Assembly (NCBI GenBank): GCA_025456345.1
Contig: JALOKU010000008.1
Location: 609 to 64,608, forward strand
Reading direction: 5' to 3'
Source of the DNA: Vicinamibacterales bacterium
GTDB lineage: Bacteria; Acidobacteriota; Vicinamibacteria; Vicinamibacterales; JAKQTR01
Length of the DNA: 64,000 bases
The notes below the pieces were generated by a model. It was not told where the DNA came from. It saw only the letters and a list, made by a program, of their open reading frames with translations, and did not search any database. The stretch's first letter is position 1. Each line of letters opens with the position of its first letter. Shown here piece by piece: positions 28,654 through 41,012 of the stretch. The position numbers and the translations under genes were made by a program.

Positions 28654-30801
28654 CTATTTCCGCTCGGGAACCACGCAGTTGGGCACCGATTTCACCTGCG
28701 TGCGGAACTGGTCGTTCGGCTCAACGTCGATGTTATTGGTCGATCTGTAGAAAGTCAAAGTCCGGCCCGTCGTTTCGCGGCAGTCCGCGAGGATCTTCAC
28801 CGGCGACCCCACGACGAGGTAGCGCCCCTCGGCGGCGGTGTACGTGAGGCGGTCGCCCGACACGGTTCGCGTGGCATCGTTGAGCGCCACCGCGGTGAAC
28901 GCCTCCACGCGCTGAAGCTCGTTGACGTCCGCCGCGAGAAACAGCTCGATGCGCGAGGCCCGCAGGTCGCCCTGGGGGCCCGACACGTGGGCGGCGCCCG
29001 TGTAGGTGGCCTGGCGCGGGCCGTCCTCATACAGGAAGTCGTCGGCGCTGCCGATGGAGGTGGTCTGCTGCCGCGCTCCGGTCTTCTCGTCCCGCTCCTC
29101 GATGAGGAACGCGGTGGCCACGCTGCCCTTCCCCGCCAGGTTGCCCGTGGCGTCGTCCACCGTGAGCCGATCCGCCTGGATGGTGGTGTCGCCCTGCCAG
29201 AGCCTCGACTGCGCCGGGGCCTCGGCGGTGTAGACGGCCACCCGCGCCGTGCTGTCGTAGTCGAGCGCGGCGGACGTGGCGTAGACCGGCTGGTCCTTCT
29301 CCAGCATCCCGGCGCGCCTGACCTCGCCCCCGGAGGCCCGGGCCTCCTGCGTGGCGGCGGGCTGCATGACGCTCCGCACGTCGCCCTTCGCCGCGATGCG
29401 GCGGGGATCGGTCGTGATCTCGATGTGCCCCGCGTCGATGGCCACCTCGCCGTCGGTGACGCGCGGCGACTGCCCCGTGGTCTGGTCCACGCCGTCGAGG
29501 TCGATCCGGCCGCGGTCAACCAGGTAGCGGGCCTGGCCGGACGCCCCTCGCGTCGGCCCTTCCTCGAAGCGGACGGCCCCGGCGAACCGCGCGTCGGTCA
29601 TGGCGCCGAGCCCGGGCGCGGTGGCGGTCTCGAGCGTACGCGCGCGGACAACCCTCGGGGTGCCGCCCGCGGGCGATTCCTTGTACTCGACATTGTCCAC
29701 GAATCGCGCCGCGTTCAGCGACGTGCCGCCCTCCGCCTTCGCGGTGAGCGTGACGGCGGTGATCGTCCTCGGCGGCTCCTTCGGCGTGGCGGGCAGCGTC
29801 AGCGCCGCCGACTCGCGCACGGTGAGCCCGTTCACCGTCGAGCCGTCGGGCGCGAACCGGAGATCGATCCACTGGCCGGCGACGCGCCGGGCCCCGCCGT
29901 CGGCGCCGATCTCGATGCTCGCCCGCCCCGGCCGCGCGCTCGCCAGCGTGGCGCCCGCGAGCGTCTTCCCGTCGCCGGCGAACTCGAGGTTGATGTCGTC
30001 GGCGTCCATGCCGCGCAGCGCGCCCGCGCCCTCGCCGACGCCCGTGATGCGGGACTGCCCCCGCATCTCGAGCGTCTGGACGCGCGCGCCGTCCTCGGTG
30101 AGGTAGGCGGTCGCGCGCGTGCTCGACAGCGTCCGCCCGCCGGACACCAGCGTGAAGCCGCGCTCGTACTGCACGTAGTGATCGGCGCGCGCGAAGTACG
30201 CCGAGCCCGCGGCGATGTCGACCGGCCGGTCCTCCGCCGTCTCAGGAGCGAGCGCCATCACCGCCTTGTCGAGCATCGAGATGGCATCGCGGCCCTTGTC
30301 GTACGTCATGCCGACCGACGCGCCCGACATCCGGCCCCTGGTGAACGACGCCGGGCCGGGGGCCCGGAGGATGCCCTCGCTCTGGCTGTAGGTGGCCGCC
30401 TCCGTCTTCGCCACGAGGCCGTCGGACCCGTCGAGTTGCACCGCGCCTTCCATGCGGATGGCATCGCCGCCGGCGCCGACGTCGGCTTCGCGCGCCTTGA
30501 CGGTGAAACTGCGGCCGCCCCGGTTGGGAACCGTCACCCGCGCCCCTTGCAGCTTCTGGCGGCCGTCGGGATAAACCAGGTGCTGGTCGAAGTCGATCTT
30601 GTAGTTCTCGGTGTCGCGGCGCAGGTTGAGCAGCGTTCCGCTCGTACTCTGCGCGGTCGCCGCCGGGTCCTCGCGCGTCACGCGTCCGACGCCGGCCGGC
30701 GGGCCGCCGGGCCTGGGTGCGCGAAAGGCCATGTAGAGCACGACCAGGAAGGCCGCGCCGAAGACGGCGATCCCGATCCGGAGCCGCTGCGGCCATCTCA
30801 T
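28654..30801 (-). CDS. Long LptC/LptA-type periplasmic LPS transport protein
   Basis: Single N-terminal TM helix, then about 680 aa of beta-strand-rich OstA/LptC-like segments (e.g. LWQGDTTIQADRL, ATYTGAAHV); directly upstream of lptB. Confidence 0.78.
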   Translation of the reverse strand: MRWPQRLRIGIAVFGAAFLVVLYMAFRAPRPGGPPAGVGRVTREDPAATAQSTSGTLLNLRRDTENYKIDFDQHLVYPDGRQKLQGARVTVPNRGGRSFTVKAREADVGAGGDAIRMEGAVQLDGSDGLVAKTEAATYSQSEGILRAPGPASFTRGRMSGASVGMTYDKGRDAISMLDKAVMALAPETAEDRPVDIAAGSAYFARADHYVQYERGFTLVSGGRTLSSTRATAYLTEDGARVQTLEMRGQSRITGVGEGAGALRGMDADDINLEFAGDGKTLAGATLASARPGRASIEIGADGGARRVAGQWIDLRFAPDGSTVNGLTVRESAALTLPATPKEPPRTITAVTLTAKAEGGTSLNAARFVDNVEYKESPAGGTPRVVRARTLETATAPGLGAMTDARFAGAVRFEEGPTRGASGQARYLVDRGRIDLDGVDQTTGQSPRVTDGEVAIDAGHIEITTDPRRIAAKGDVRSVMQPAATQEARASGGEVRRAGMLEKDQPVYATSAALDYDSTARVAVYTAEAPAQSRLWQGDTTIQADRLTVDDATGNLAGKGSVATAFLIEERDEKTGARQQTTSIGSADDFLYEDGPRQATYTGAAHVSGPQGDLRASRIELFLAADVNELQRVEAFTAVALNDATRTVSGDRLTYTAAEGRYLVVGSPVKILADCRETTGRTLTFYRSTNNIDVEPNDQFRTQVKSVPNCVVPERK

Positions 30802-32525
30802 CGCGGCCCCGCGTTGGACGCCCTGACGTCCGCCACGGACACTTCGAGCGTCGTGTGGCCGTTGAAGGTGTTCCGCTCGATCGAGTACGCCACGTCGAGG
30901 CCGTCGCGCGCGGCGGCGATCTCGGGCGCCCGTTCGGCGGCGCGCCAGAAGACCCCGCGCAGGGCCACGCCGTCATGGCGCAGGCTCATGCTCAGGTGCC
31001 GCTCCTTCATCCGCCGCGGCCCGTCGGCGACCTGCGCCGCGGGCGTCCAGAAGGTCGGCTTCGGGTTCCCGATGCCGAACGGGGCCAGCTGGCCAATCCC
31101 GTCGAAGAGGCGCGGCGTGATCTGGCGGAACCCGAGCAGCCCGTCGATCCGCAGCCGCGGCCGCAGGTCGTCGGGCCCGAGCCGGTCGCCGGCCCACTCG
31201 GTCAGGGCCTCGCGAAAGGCCCGGATGCGCGACCGGCCCATCGTCAGCCCGGCCGCAGCGCGATGGCCCCCGAACTGGTCGAGGTGCCCGGCGCACGCGG
31301 TCAGCGCCTCCAGCATGTCGAAGCCCGGAATGCTGCGGCACGACCCGTGGGCCGTGTCGCCGTCGATCGAGATCACCACGGCCGGCCGGTGGAACGCGTC
31401 GACCAGCCGCGACGCCACGATCCCGATGACGCCGCGATGCCAGCCCTCGCCGGCGACCACGAGGGCCGCGCGGGCGCCCACGTCGGGGTCGGTCTCCACC
31501 ACCGTGCGGGCTTCGGCCAGGATCGCCCGCTCCTCCTGCTGCCTCCGCTCGTTCTCCGTGTTCAGCTGCGCCGCCAGCTCCCGCGCTTCCGCGATCATGC
31601 CGTCGTCGGCGGCCAGCAGCAGCCTGAGCGCGATGTCGGGGGAACTCATGCGGCCGGCGGCGTTCACGCGCGGCGCGAGCATGTACGACACGTGGTAGCT
31701 GTCGATGGGCTTCCCCGCGAGGCCCGCGCTCTCGATGAGCGCGCGCAGGCCGGCCTTGTGCGGGCCTGTCGAGAGCGCCTCGAGGCCGAGCTTGGCGATG
31801 ACGCGGTTCTCGCCCACCAGCGGCACGACGTCGGCCAGCGTGCCGATGGCCGCGATCTTGACGAACGCTGGCAGCCAGGCGCCGCGCCCGGCCCGCGCGG
31901 TGAGCGCCTGGACCAGCTTCAGGGCCACCCCGACCCCGGCCAGGTTCTTGTCCGGATACGTGCAGTCGCGGCGCTTCGGGTTGACCACCGCGAGCGCATC
32001 CGGCAGCTCGTCGCCGGGTTCGTGGTGGTCCGTGATGATGAGATCGACGCCGAGTTCCTTCGCTCGCCGTGCGGCCTCGGCGCCGCGGATGCCGCAGTCG
32101 ACCGACACCACGACGCGGGCCCCCTCCGCGTGCAGCCGCTCGATCGCCGGCGTGTTGAGGCCGTACCCGTCGCGCATCCGGTCGGGCACGAAGTGCACCA
32201 CGTCTGCGCCGAGCAGTTCGAGCGTCCGGCGCAGGATGACCGTCGCCGTGATGCCGTCGACGTCGTAATCGCCGTGCACGGCGATCCGCTCGCCGGCGGC
32301 GACGGCTTCGAGCAGGCGCTCGACCGCCGCGCCCATCCCGGCCAGGCGCATCGGGTCGTGGAGGTGGTCGAGGCTGGGATGCAGGAAGCGGCGGGCGGCC
32401 TCGGCATCGGTGATGCCGCGCAGGAGGAGCAGCCGGGCCATGGCCAGGTCGACGCCGGCGTCACGGGCCAGGTCGCCGGCCGCCGCCTCGTCACAGGCTT
32501 CGTGTTCCCAGCGGTACGGCACCAT
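30798..32525 (-). CDS. recJ: ssDNA-specific exonuclease RecJ
   Basis: HGDYDVDG, DGYGL, VDCG, TDHH, GTLADVVPL, PRVNAAGR, GSCRS, FGGH, PFGIGNP; start ATG 32525. Confidence 0.96.
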   Translation of the reverse strand: MVPYRWEHEACDEAAAGDLARDAGVDLAMARLLLLRGITDAEAARRFLHPSLDHLHDPMRLAGMGAAVERLLEAVAAGERIAVHGDYDVDGITATVILRRTLELLGADVVHFVPDRMRDGYGLNTPAIERLHAEGARVVVSVDCGIRGAEAARRAKELGVDLIITDHHEPGDELPDALAVVNPKRRDCTYPDKNLAGVGVALKLVQALTARAGRGAWLPAFVKIAAIGTLADVVPLVGENRVIAKLGLEALSTGPHKAGLRALIESAGLAGKPIDSYHVSYMLAPRVNAAGRMSSPDIALRLLLAADDGMIAEARELAAQLNTENERRQQEERAILAEARTVVETDPDVGARAALVVAGEGWHRGVIGIVASRLVDAFHRPAVVISIDGDTAHGSCRSIPGFDMLEALTACAGHLDQFGGHRAAAGLTMGRSRIRAFREALTEWAGDRLGPDDLRPRLRIDGLLGFRQITPRLFDGIGQLAPFGIGNPKPTFWTPAAQVADGPRRMKERHLSMSLRHDGVALRGVFWRAAERAPEIAAARDGLDVAYSIERNTFNGHTTLEVSVADVRASNAGPR

Positions 32526-33544
32526 CAGCGCGAGCGGGAGGCGCGGCCGGCCGGCTTGGCCGGGACGCCGGCGTCCGCCACCGTGTCCGCGAAGTCCACC
32601 CCGAGCCGCCCCATCTGCCGCAGCCGGCCATAGCGTTGTTCGAGGCGTGCCGCCACGGGCATCGCCGAGACCGCGGCCAGCGTGCGCCCGATCGCCTCGT
32701 CCACCAGCTGCGCCGCCAGCGCGGGATCCTGGTGAGCGCCGCCGACCGGCTCGGGCACGATGTCGTCGACGATGCCGGCCGTGAGCAGGTCCGGCGCGGT
32801 CAGCTTGAGCGCCGCGGCGGCTTCGACCTTGCGGTTCGCGTCGCGCCAGAGAATGGCGGAGCAGCCTTCCGGCGGGATGACGCTGAAGATGGCGAACCGC
32901 TGCATGAGCACGCGGTCGCCGACGGCGATGCCCAGCGCGCCCCCGCTGCCGCCCTCGCCGCAGACGACGACCACGATCGGGACCTCGATGACGGCCATCT
33001 CCCGGAGGTTGAACGCGATGGCTTCGGCCACGCCGCGCTCCTCCGACTCGATGCCCGGATAGGCGGCCGGCGTGTCCACGAACACGATGATGGGCCGCTG
33101 GAACTTCTCGGCCATCCGCATGGCGCGCAGCGCCTTGCGGTACCCCTCGGGCCTGGCGTAGCCGAAGTTGCGCGCGATCTTCTCCTTCGTGGTCCGGCCC
33201 TTCTGGTGCCCCACGACGAGCACGGGCGCGCCGTGGTACAGGGCCATTCCGCACACGATGGCCGGGTCGTCGGCAAACCGGCGGTCGCCGTGCACCTCCA
33301 CGAACTCCGTGAAGAGCCGCTCGATGTAGTCGAGCGTGCCGGGCCGGCTCGCGTGGCGCGACACCTGCACGACCTGCCACGGCGTGAGGGCGCCGAACAG
33401 CTCGGCGCGCAACTCGGTCACCCGGCCGCGGAGCCGGGCGATGTCGGCCGCGCGCGCCTCGGTGTGCGGCATCATGCTCAAGGCGTCGATCTCCTTGAGC
33501 AGCACGCCAATCGGTTCTTCGAAGTCGAGCAGATCTGCCGCCAT
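32525..33544 (-). CDS. accA: Acetyl-CoA carboxylase carboxyltransferase alpha subunit
   Basis: LDFEEP, HGDRRFADD, PEGYRKA, DTPAAYPG, GEGGSGGALG, PEGCSAILW. Confidence 0.96.
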   Translation of the reverse strand: MAADLLDFEEPIGVLLKEIDALSMMPHTEARAADIARLRGRVTELRAELFGALTPWQVVQVSRHASRPGTLDYIERLFTEFVEVHGDRRFADDPAIVCGMALYHGAPVLVVGHQKGRTTKEKIARNFGYARPEGYRKALRAMRMAEKFQRPIIVFVDTPAAYPGIESEERGVAEAIAFNLREMAVIEVPIVVVVCGEGGSGGALGIAVGDRVLMQRFAIFSVIPPEGCSAILWRDANRKVEAAAALKLTAPDLLTAGIVDDIVPEPVGGAHQDPALAAQLVDEAIGRTLAAVSAMPVAARLEQRYGRLRQMGRLGVDFADTVADAGVPAKPAGRASRSR

Positions 33545-33567
33545 GGCTCTCCCGCGTTGCCCTGATC

Positions 33568-36500
33568 CTACCGCACCGTGACCGACCCCGGCCCGCAGAT
33601 CCGCTCGAGGGCCGCCACCAGCTGATCCGAGGGCCGCACGCGCACCTGCCCCGACACGTCCACCCGGACGCGCAGCGGCGGCTCGGTCTGCGTCGTCACG
33701 ACGAACGCCACGCGCCGGTCGCCCTTGTGGCGTCCCAGCACCTCCGACACCGCCTCGAAGGTCAGGCGGTCGTGGCGCGCGGCGTCGAGGGTGACCACCA
33801 CCTCGCGCGCCAGGTGCTCGCGCACCTTGTCGATCGGGAGTATCTCGGCTGCCAGCAGTCTGGTCGAGTCCTCGTCGCGCTCGAACCGGCCCTTCACCAG
33901 GACCAGCGCGTCGGTCTGCAGCAGGGAGGCGGACTTCGAGAACGCCTCGGGGAAGACCACCACCTCCACGGTCCCGTATGGGTCGTCGAGGACGAAGGCG
34001 CACATCCGGTCGCCCTTCCGGGTCTTGAGCGGCCGGATGGAGGCGACGATGCCGCCGACCGACACGTCCTCGCTTGTCCGGCCTGGCGGCCGCCCGCCAT
34101 TGATGGCGGGGTCCTCCTCGTCGGCGGCGGCGGGCTCTTCCTGCGCCGCGAGCAGCTCCTCGAGGCTCTTGGCGCCGTAGGCCGCGAGGTCGGCCTTGTG
34201 GCGGTCGATCGGGTGGCCGCTCAGATAGAGCCCGAGCGCATCCTTCTCGAAGGTGAGCTGCTGGGCCTCGGTCCAGGGCGCCGCCTGCGGGAGCGGCGCG
34301 TCGGCGCGCGACACTCCGCCGTCGTCGCCGCCGCCAAACAGCTGCGTCTGCCCCTTGTCGCGGTCGCGCTGGTGGCGGTTGCCGTACTCGACGGCGCCAT
34401 CGAGGGCGGCCAGCACCCTCGGCCGCAGCTTCGCCGAGGCCGCGGCCCCGCCGGGCTCGCCGGCCGCCAGCGAGTCCATGGCTCCGCTCTTGATCAGGCT
34501 CTCGAGCACCCGTTTGTTGACCAGGCGCAGGTCGATCTCCTCGCACAGGTGGAAGAGCGACGAAATGCGCCCGTGCGCCGCGCGCGCCTGCAGGATCGAG
34601 GCGATGGCCGACTCGCCCGCGTTCTTCACCGCGCCGAGGCCGAAGCGCACGCCGTCGGGGCGCACCGTGAAGGCCAGCTCGCTGCTGTTGACGTCGGGGG
34701 GCAGGATCGGCACGCGCAGTTCGCGGCACTCGTGGAGGTAGGAGGCCAGCTTCGCCGTGTTCTGCGACTCGATGGTCAGCAGGGCGGCCATGAAGTGCCA
34801 CGGGTAGTTGGCCTTCAGGTAGGCCGTCTGGTAGGCGAGCAGCGCGTACGCCGTCGAGTGCGACTTGTTGAAGCCGTATCCGGCGAACTGCTCCATCAGG
34901 TCGAACACGCGCGTGGACTTCTTTTCGCTGATGCCGCGGCCGGTCGCGCCGGCGACGAACTTGTCGCGCTGCGCCTGCATCAGGGCGGGGTTCTTCTTCC
35001 CCATCGCCTTGCGCAGCAGGTCGGCCTCGCCGAGGCTGAAGCCGGCCAGCTCGCTCGCCACGCGCATGACCTGCTCCTGGTAGGCCATCACGCCGTAGGT
35101 GTCCTCGAGAATCGGCCGCAGCTTCTCGAGCTCGTACCGGACCTCGACGCGGCCGTGCTTCCGGTTGATGAAGTCGTCGATCATGCCGCCCTTGATCGGC
35201 CCGGGGCGATAGAGGGCGTTCAGGGCGATGAGGTCTTCGAACTTCCTCGGCTTGGCCTGCCGGAGGATCTGGCGCATGCCGGAGCTCTCGAACTGGAAGA
35301 TGCCGAGGGTCTGGCCTTCACAGAACAGGTCGAACGTCTTCTCGTCGGTGAGGGGCAGCTCCTCCATCACGATCCGCGCGCCGGCGGTGGCCGCGATCTC
35401 CTCGAGGGCGTCGTGGATGAGCGTGAGCGTGCTCAGCCCCAGGAAATCCATCTTGAGCAGGCCGATGCGCTCGATCTCCTTCATCCCCCACTGGGTGGTG
35501 ATTTCGTCGCGGCTGCCCTTGTAGAGCGGGGCGAACTCGGTGATGGGCCTCGGCGCGATCACGACGCCCGCCGCGTGCACCGACGCGTGGCGGGCCATGC
35601 CCTCGAGGCGCTTGGCCACGCCGAGCAGGTCGGCCACGCGCGCGTCGTTCTTCTCCATCTCGCGCAGCGCCGGGTTCTCCTCGAGCGCCTTGTCGAGGGT
35701 CATCTCCAGCACGGCGGGGATCTGCTTGGCCACGCGGTCCACGTCGGCGTAGGGCATGTCCATGGCGCGGCCGACATCGCGCACGACGGCCTTCGCCTTC
35801 ATGGTGCCGAAGGTGATGATCTGCGCCACGTTCTCGCGCCCGTACTTCCGCGTGACGTAGTCGATCACCTCGCCCCGGCGGCGCTCGCAGAAGTCGATGT
35901 CGATGTCCGGCAGGGAGATGCGCTCGGGGTTGAGGAACCGCTCGAACAGCAGGTCGAACTGCAGCGGGTCCACGTCGGTAATGCGCAGGCAGTACGCCAC
36001 CAGGCTGCCCGCGGCCGACCCGCGCCCCGGCCCCACCGGAATGCCCTGCTCCCGCGCGTAGCGGATGAAGTCCCAGGTGATCAGGAAGTATCCCGGGTAC
36101 TGCATCCGCTTGATGACATCGATTTCGTACTGCAGGCGCGCGCGGTACTCGTCGATCGCATGACGCAGCGCCCCGGCGGCCCGCCGCTCCTCCAGCCGGG
36201 CGCGGCGCATGTCGAAGCCCTCGCGCACGACGTGCTCGAAGTAGCCCTCCAGCGTGAACCCCTCGGGCACCTGGAAGTTCGGCAGGTAGGGGCCCGAGTC
36301 CGACAGGTCGACCTCGCACCGGTCGGCAATGGCCACCGTGTTGCGCATCGCGTCCGGCAGGTGGCCGAAGACGGCCGCCATCTCCTCGGGCGTCTTCAGG
36401 TAGAACTGATCGCCGTAGTAGCGCATGCGCTCCGCGTCGTTGACCGTGCGGCCCGTGCCGATGCAGAGCAGCACGTCGTGCGGGCGGAAGTCGTCGCGCC

Positions 36501-37131
36501 GCAGGTAGTGCACGTCGTTCGTGCAGACCAGCGGGATGCCCACGTCGCGCGACAGGGGCAGCAGGCCGTTGTTCACGATCCGCTGCTCCTCGATCCCCTG
36601 GAACTGGAGTTCGAGAAAGAAGTTGCCCGCGCCCAGGATGTCCCGGTACGTCGCCGCCGCTTTCGCTGCCGCCTCGAACTGATTGGCGCGCAAGGCGCTC
36701 GGCACTTCGCCCTTGAGGCAGCTGCTGAGCCCGATGAGCCCCCTGCTGTGGCGGGCGAGCAGATCCTTGTCGATGCGCGGCTTGTAGTAGAAGCCCTCGG
36801 TGTAGGCCGACGAGGTGAGCTTCACGAGGTTGTGGAACCCCTCGTTGGTTTCCGCCAGGAGGATGAGGTGGTTCGCCGTCTCGCTGATCGGCCCGCCCTT
36901 CGCCAGGCGGCTGCCCGGGGCGACGTACACCTCGCAGCCCAGGATCGGCTTGATGCCCCGCTGCCGCGCCTTGTCGTGAAAGACGATCGACGAGAACAGG
37001 TTGCCGTGCTCGGTCACCGCCAGCGCGGGCATCTTCAGCCGCTCGGCCTCGGCCAGCAGCTCCCCGATGCGGCACGCGCCGTCGAGCAGCGAGTACTCCG
37101 TGTGCAGGTGGAGGTGGACGAATTCGGGCAT
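33568..37131 (-). CDS. dnaE: DNA polymerase III alpha subunit
   Basis: HLHLHTEYSLLDG, GPGRGSAAGS, PDIDIDF, HAAG, KMDFLGL, YGFNKSH, C-terminal OB fold. Confidence 0.98.
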   Translation of the reverse strand: MPEFVHLHLHTEYSLLDGACRIGELLAEAERLKMPALAVTEHGNLFSSIVFHDKARQRGIKPILGCEVYVAPGSRLAKGGPISETANHLILLAETNEGFHNLVKLTSSAYTEGFYYKPRIDKDLLARHSRGLIGLSSCLKGEVPSALRANQFEAAAKAAATYRDILGAGNFFLELQFQGIEEQRIVNNGLLPLSRDVGIPLVCTNDVHYLRRDDFRPHDVLLCIGTGRTVNDAERMRYYGDQFYLKTPEEMAAVFGHLPDAMRNTVAIADRCEVDLSDSGPYLPNFQVPEGFTLEGYFEHVVREGFDMRRARLEERRAAGALRHAIDEYRARLQYEIDVIKRMQYPGYFLITWDFIRYAREQGIPVGPGRGSAAGSLVAYCLRITDVDPLQFDLLFERFLNPERISLPDIDIDFCERRRGEVIDYVTRKYGRENVAQIITFGTMKAKAVVRDVGRAMDMPYADVDRVAKQIPAVLEMTLDKALEENPALREMEKNDARVADLLGVAKRLEGMARHASVHAAGVVIAPRPITEFAPLYKGSRDEITTQWGMKEIERIGLLKMDFLGLSTLTLIHDALEEIAATAGARIVMEELPLTDEKTFDLFCEGQTLGIFQFESSGMRQILRQAKPRKFEDLIALNALYRPGPIKGGMIDDFINRKHGRVEVRYELEKLRPILEDTYGVMAYQEQVMRVASELAGFSLGEADLLRKAMGKKNPALMQAQRDKFVAGATGRGISEKKSTRVFDLMEQFAGYGFNKSHSTAYALLAYQTAYLKANYPWHFMAALLTIESQNTAKLASYLHECRELRVPILPPDVNSSELAFTVRPDGVRFGLGAVKNAGESAIASILQARAAHGRISSLFHLCEEIDLRLVNKRVLESLIKSGAMDSLAAGEPGGAAASAKLRPRVLAALDGAVEYGNRHQRDRDKGQTQLFGGGDDGGVSRADAPLPQAAPWTEAQQLTFEKDALGLYLSGHPIDRHKADLAAYGAKSLEELLAAQEEPAAADEEDPAINGGRPPGRTSEDVSVGGIVASIRPLKTRKGDRMCAFVLDDPYGTVEVVVFPEAFSKSASLLQTDALVLVKGRFERDEDSTRLLAAEILPIDKVREHLAREVVVTLDAARHDRLTFEAVSEVLGRHKGDRRVAFVVTTQTEPPLRVRVDVSGQVRVRPSDQLVAALERICGPGSVTVR

Positions 37132-37132
37132 G

Positions 37133-38674
<1,542 letters not shown>

Positions 38675-38709
38675 GGGGCCAACTTGGGGAGAACAGGAAT
38701 GCTCTGTCG

Positions 38710-38716
38710 TATTATA
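38710..38716. promoter_or_regulatory. Overlapping divergent -10 elements
   Basis: TATTATA reads TATAAT on the minus strand (towards guaA) and TATTAT on the plus strand, 6 nt before GTG 38722. Confidence 0.5.
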
Positions 38717-38721
38717 CCGGT

Positions 38722-39921
38722 GTGGTTCCGCGGGCGGACAGGACATCTTCCCATCGCTGTCCCCGGCGTGCCCCGCGCGCGAGGCGAGGCGCGCTGCGAG
38801 GCGTCCGCCTCGCGCTGGTCCTTGCCCTGCTTCCCGGCCCGATCTCGGAGGCCCGCGCCCAGCAGCTCGCGTTTCCCGGCGGGGTGATCTGGCAGGTCGT
38901 CCTCGATCCCCCGCCCGCCCAGCTCCCGGCGTTCGACAACCGCAGCGCCTACCTCGTCCTGCGCGACGGCCACGTGCGCGCAATCGACCACGCCACCGGC
39001 GCCACGCGATGGACCTCACCCGCCTCATCGACCGTGCGGCCGGCCTCCTCGGGCCGCCACCTGGTCGGCGCTGACGGCGGCATGGCGTGGGCGATTGACG
39101 CGGAGTCGGGACGCGAGGCCTGGCGGCGCGACCTCGGCTCGGGCGCCGCGGCGGTCCCGGCCATCTCTCCGGCCGGCGCCGTGTTCCTCACCGGACAGGG
39201 CGACCTCGTGCTGCTGGCGTGGGCGGACGGGCGCGAAGTGTGGAGGGCGCGGATGCCCGCGACGGTGTCGGCGCCGGTCGTGGCGAGCCCCGACCATGTC
39301 TTTGTCGGACTCGACGACGGTCGCCTGCTGGCCCTCCGGTCGAGCGACGGCGCGACCGCCTGGACGAAGACCCTTCGGGGGCGCGTCCTCGAATTGACGC
39401 CCATCAACGACCGGCTCTTCGCCGGGGCTGCCGACAACTTCCTGTACGCGCTGAAGCCCAAGGATGGCGATCTCGCGTGGCGCTGGCGCACCGGCGGAGA
39501 CGTCGCCGGGCATGCCGTTGCCGACGACCGGCGCGTGTACTTCACGTCGCTTGACGCCATGCTGCGCGCCGTCGACCGGCGGCACGGCGATCTGCGCTGG
39601 CAAAGACCCCTCACCACCCGCGCGGTCGGAGGGCCGACGCTGGCGGGAACGCAGGTCATCGTGGCGGGGGTCTCACCCGAGTTGCGGGCCTTTCGCGTCA
39701 GCGACGGCGGCATGACCGCCACCGCGCCGCTCCCGGGCCGCCCGATGCACGGGCCGTTCCTCGCGCCCGAGAGCGCCTCCGCCCCGCTGCGGCTCGTTCT
39801 CCTGACGGCCGGCGGACGCCTGCTGGCCATCGGCCAGACGGTGGAGCCGATGCTGGTTCCCCTCGACGGGCTCCCCGGGAAGAAGCTCCCGCCGGAAGTG
39901 CTGCCGGTCATCAAACGGTGA
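38722..39921 (+). CDS. PQQ-like beta-propeller repeat protein (BamB-like fold)
   Basis: Repeated A.D..TG...W motifs ([33 protein letters not shown]) after a signal-like segment; start uncertain. Confidence 0.78.
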   Translation: MVPRADRTSSHRCPRRAPRARRGALRGVRLALVLALLPGPISEARAQQLAFPGGVIWQVVLDPPPAQLPAFDNRSAYLVLRDGHVRAIDHATGATRWTSPASSTVRPASSGRHLVGADGGMAWAIDAESGREAWRRDLGSGAAAVPAISPAGAVFLTGQGDLVLLAWADGREVWRARMPATVSAPVVASPDHVFVGLDDGRLLALRSSDGATAWTKTLRGRVLELTPINDRLFAGAADNFLYALKPKDGDLAWRWRTGGDVAGHAVADDRRVYFTSLDAMLRAVDRRHGDLRWQRPLTTRAVGGPTLAGTQVIVAGVSPELRAFRVSDGGMTATAPLPGRPMHGPFLAPESASAPLRLVLLTAGGRLLAIGQTVEPMLVPLDGLPGKKLPPEVLPVIKR

Positions 39922-39978
39922 CAGCTCGCATTTCCGGCTGGACCGGGCCAGGAATGGCGCCTGTCACCGAAGACCGCG

Positions 39979-40938
39979 TCACGGCGCCTGGTATCGCCGG
40001 TAGAGCGTCAGGTACGCGCTGAGCGCGCTGAGGCCGAGGAACTGGAACACCAGGCCGCGAAACAGCCACGCGAGCAGTTGCAGCGGCACGACGGCAAGCC
40101 CGACCAGCGGGACAAACGCGATCAGGCCGAGGCTCGTGGTCGCAATCAACGACACGATGGTGGCGCCGGCCACCAGCAGCAGCACCACCCCGAAGACGCC
40201 GAACGTCAGCCTCGGCTCGGCCCGGAGGAACTTCCCGACGCGACGGGTCGCGGACCGCACGCTGCAGTCCTCGACGACGACGACCATCTGGATCAGGAGA
40301 TAGAGGAAGTTCACGAGCGTCACCCACGCCACGAGCACCGTGGAACCGATCCCGGCGATCGCCGTCCAGCCGAACTGCCCACCGGTGAACCACTCCGCGC
40401 CGTGGAGCAGCACCGCGAGGTACGAGGCCGCCGACGCCAGGTACACGAGGATGAGGATGAGTCCCAGGCGCAGGAACCGGCGGAAGTACCTCCGGCAGCC
40501 CAGGTCGTAGCCGCGCACCGAGAAACGCGCCGCCGTCCAGAACGGCTCCAGCCGCAACGGAGGTTCCTCGACGGCGGCCGCGTCGCGCTCGGCTTGCGCG
40601 AGCACGGCGACCGTGCCGCCTTTCAGCAGGAACATGAACGCGGATCCGGCCAGCCCGACAATGGCAAACGCCAGCAGGAACGAGATGAGCGCGGGCGGCT
40701 CGGCCGCCAGGGCCGTCGCCACGAACGTGGCGCTCTCACGAATGCCGGCCGAGAACACCTCGGGCAGTTCGCGACCCAGGACGAGCACGACCAGCAGCAC
40801 CCCGCCGGCGACGGGGACGCTCAGGAGCATCTTGAAGGTCGACTCCGCCATGAACTGGATCACCGTGACCTGCCAGTTCGCGGCCGCGACCAGCGCCCCG
40901 CGCTTCAACACCGTTCTCACGTCGACCGCTGCCAGCAT
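39979..40938 (-). CDS. Hypothetical multi-pass membrane protein
   Basis: About six hydrophobic helices; GGAG RBS and TGnTATAAA upstream. Confidence 0.7.
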   Translation of the reverse strand: MLAAVDVRTVLKRGALVAAANWQVTVIQFMAESTFKMLLSVPVAGGVLLVVLVLGRELPEVFSAGIRESATFVATALAAEPPALISFLLAFAIVGLAGSAFMFLLKGGTVAVLAQAERDAAAVEEPPLRLEPFWTAARFSVRGYDLGCRRYFRRFLRLGLILILVYLASAASYLAVLLHGAEWFTGGQFGWTAIAGIGSTVLVAWVTLVNFLYLLIQMVVVVEDCSVRSATRRVGKFLRAEPRLTFGVFGVVLLLVAGATIVSLIATTSLGLIAFVPLVGLAVVPLQLLAWLFRGLVFQFLGLSALSAYLTLYRRYQAP

Positions 40939-41012
40939 CCCGGCTCCGATTTATAGCACGCTTCGTGGCCGGCCGCCGATGGCGGCGCTTGTCCGGCCCG
41001 CCCGGCGGGGCT

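Noticed and set aside
33568..37131. Intein in dnaE
   Set aside because: Length of 1187 aa is normal and no splice motifs were seen; only short low-complexity insertions.
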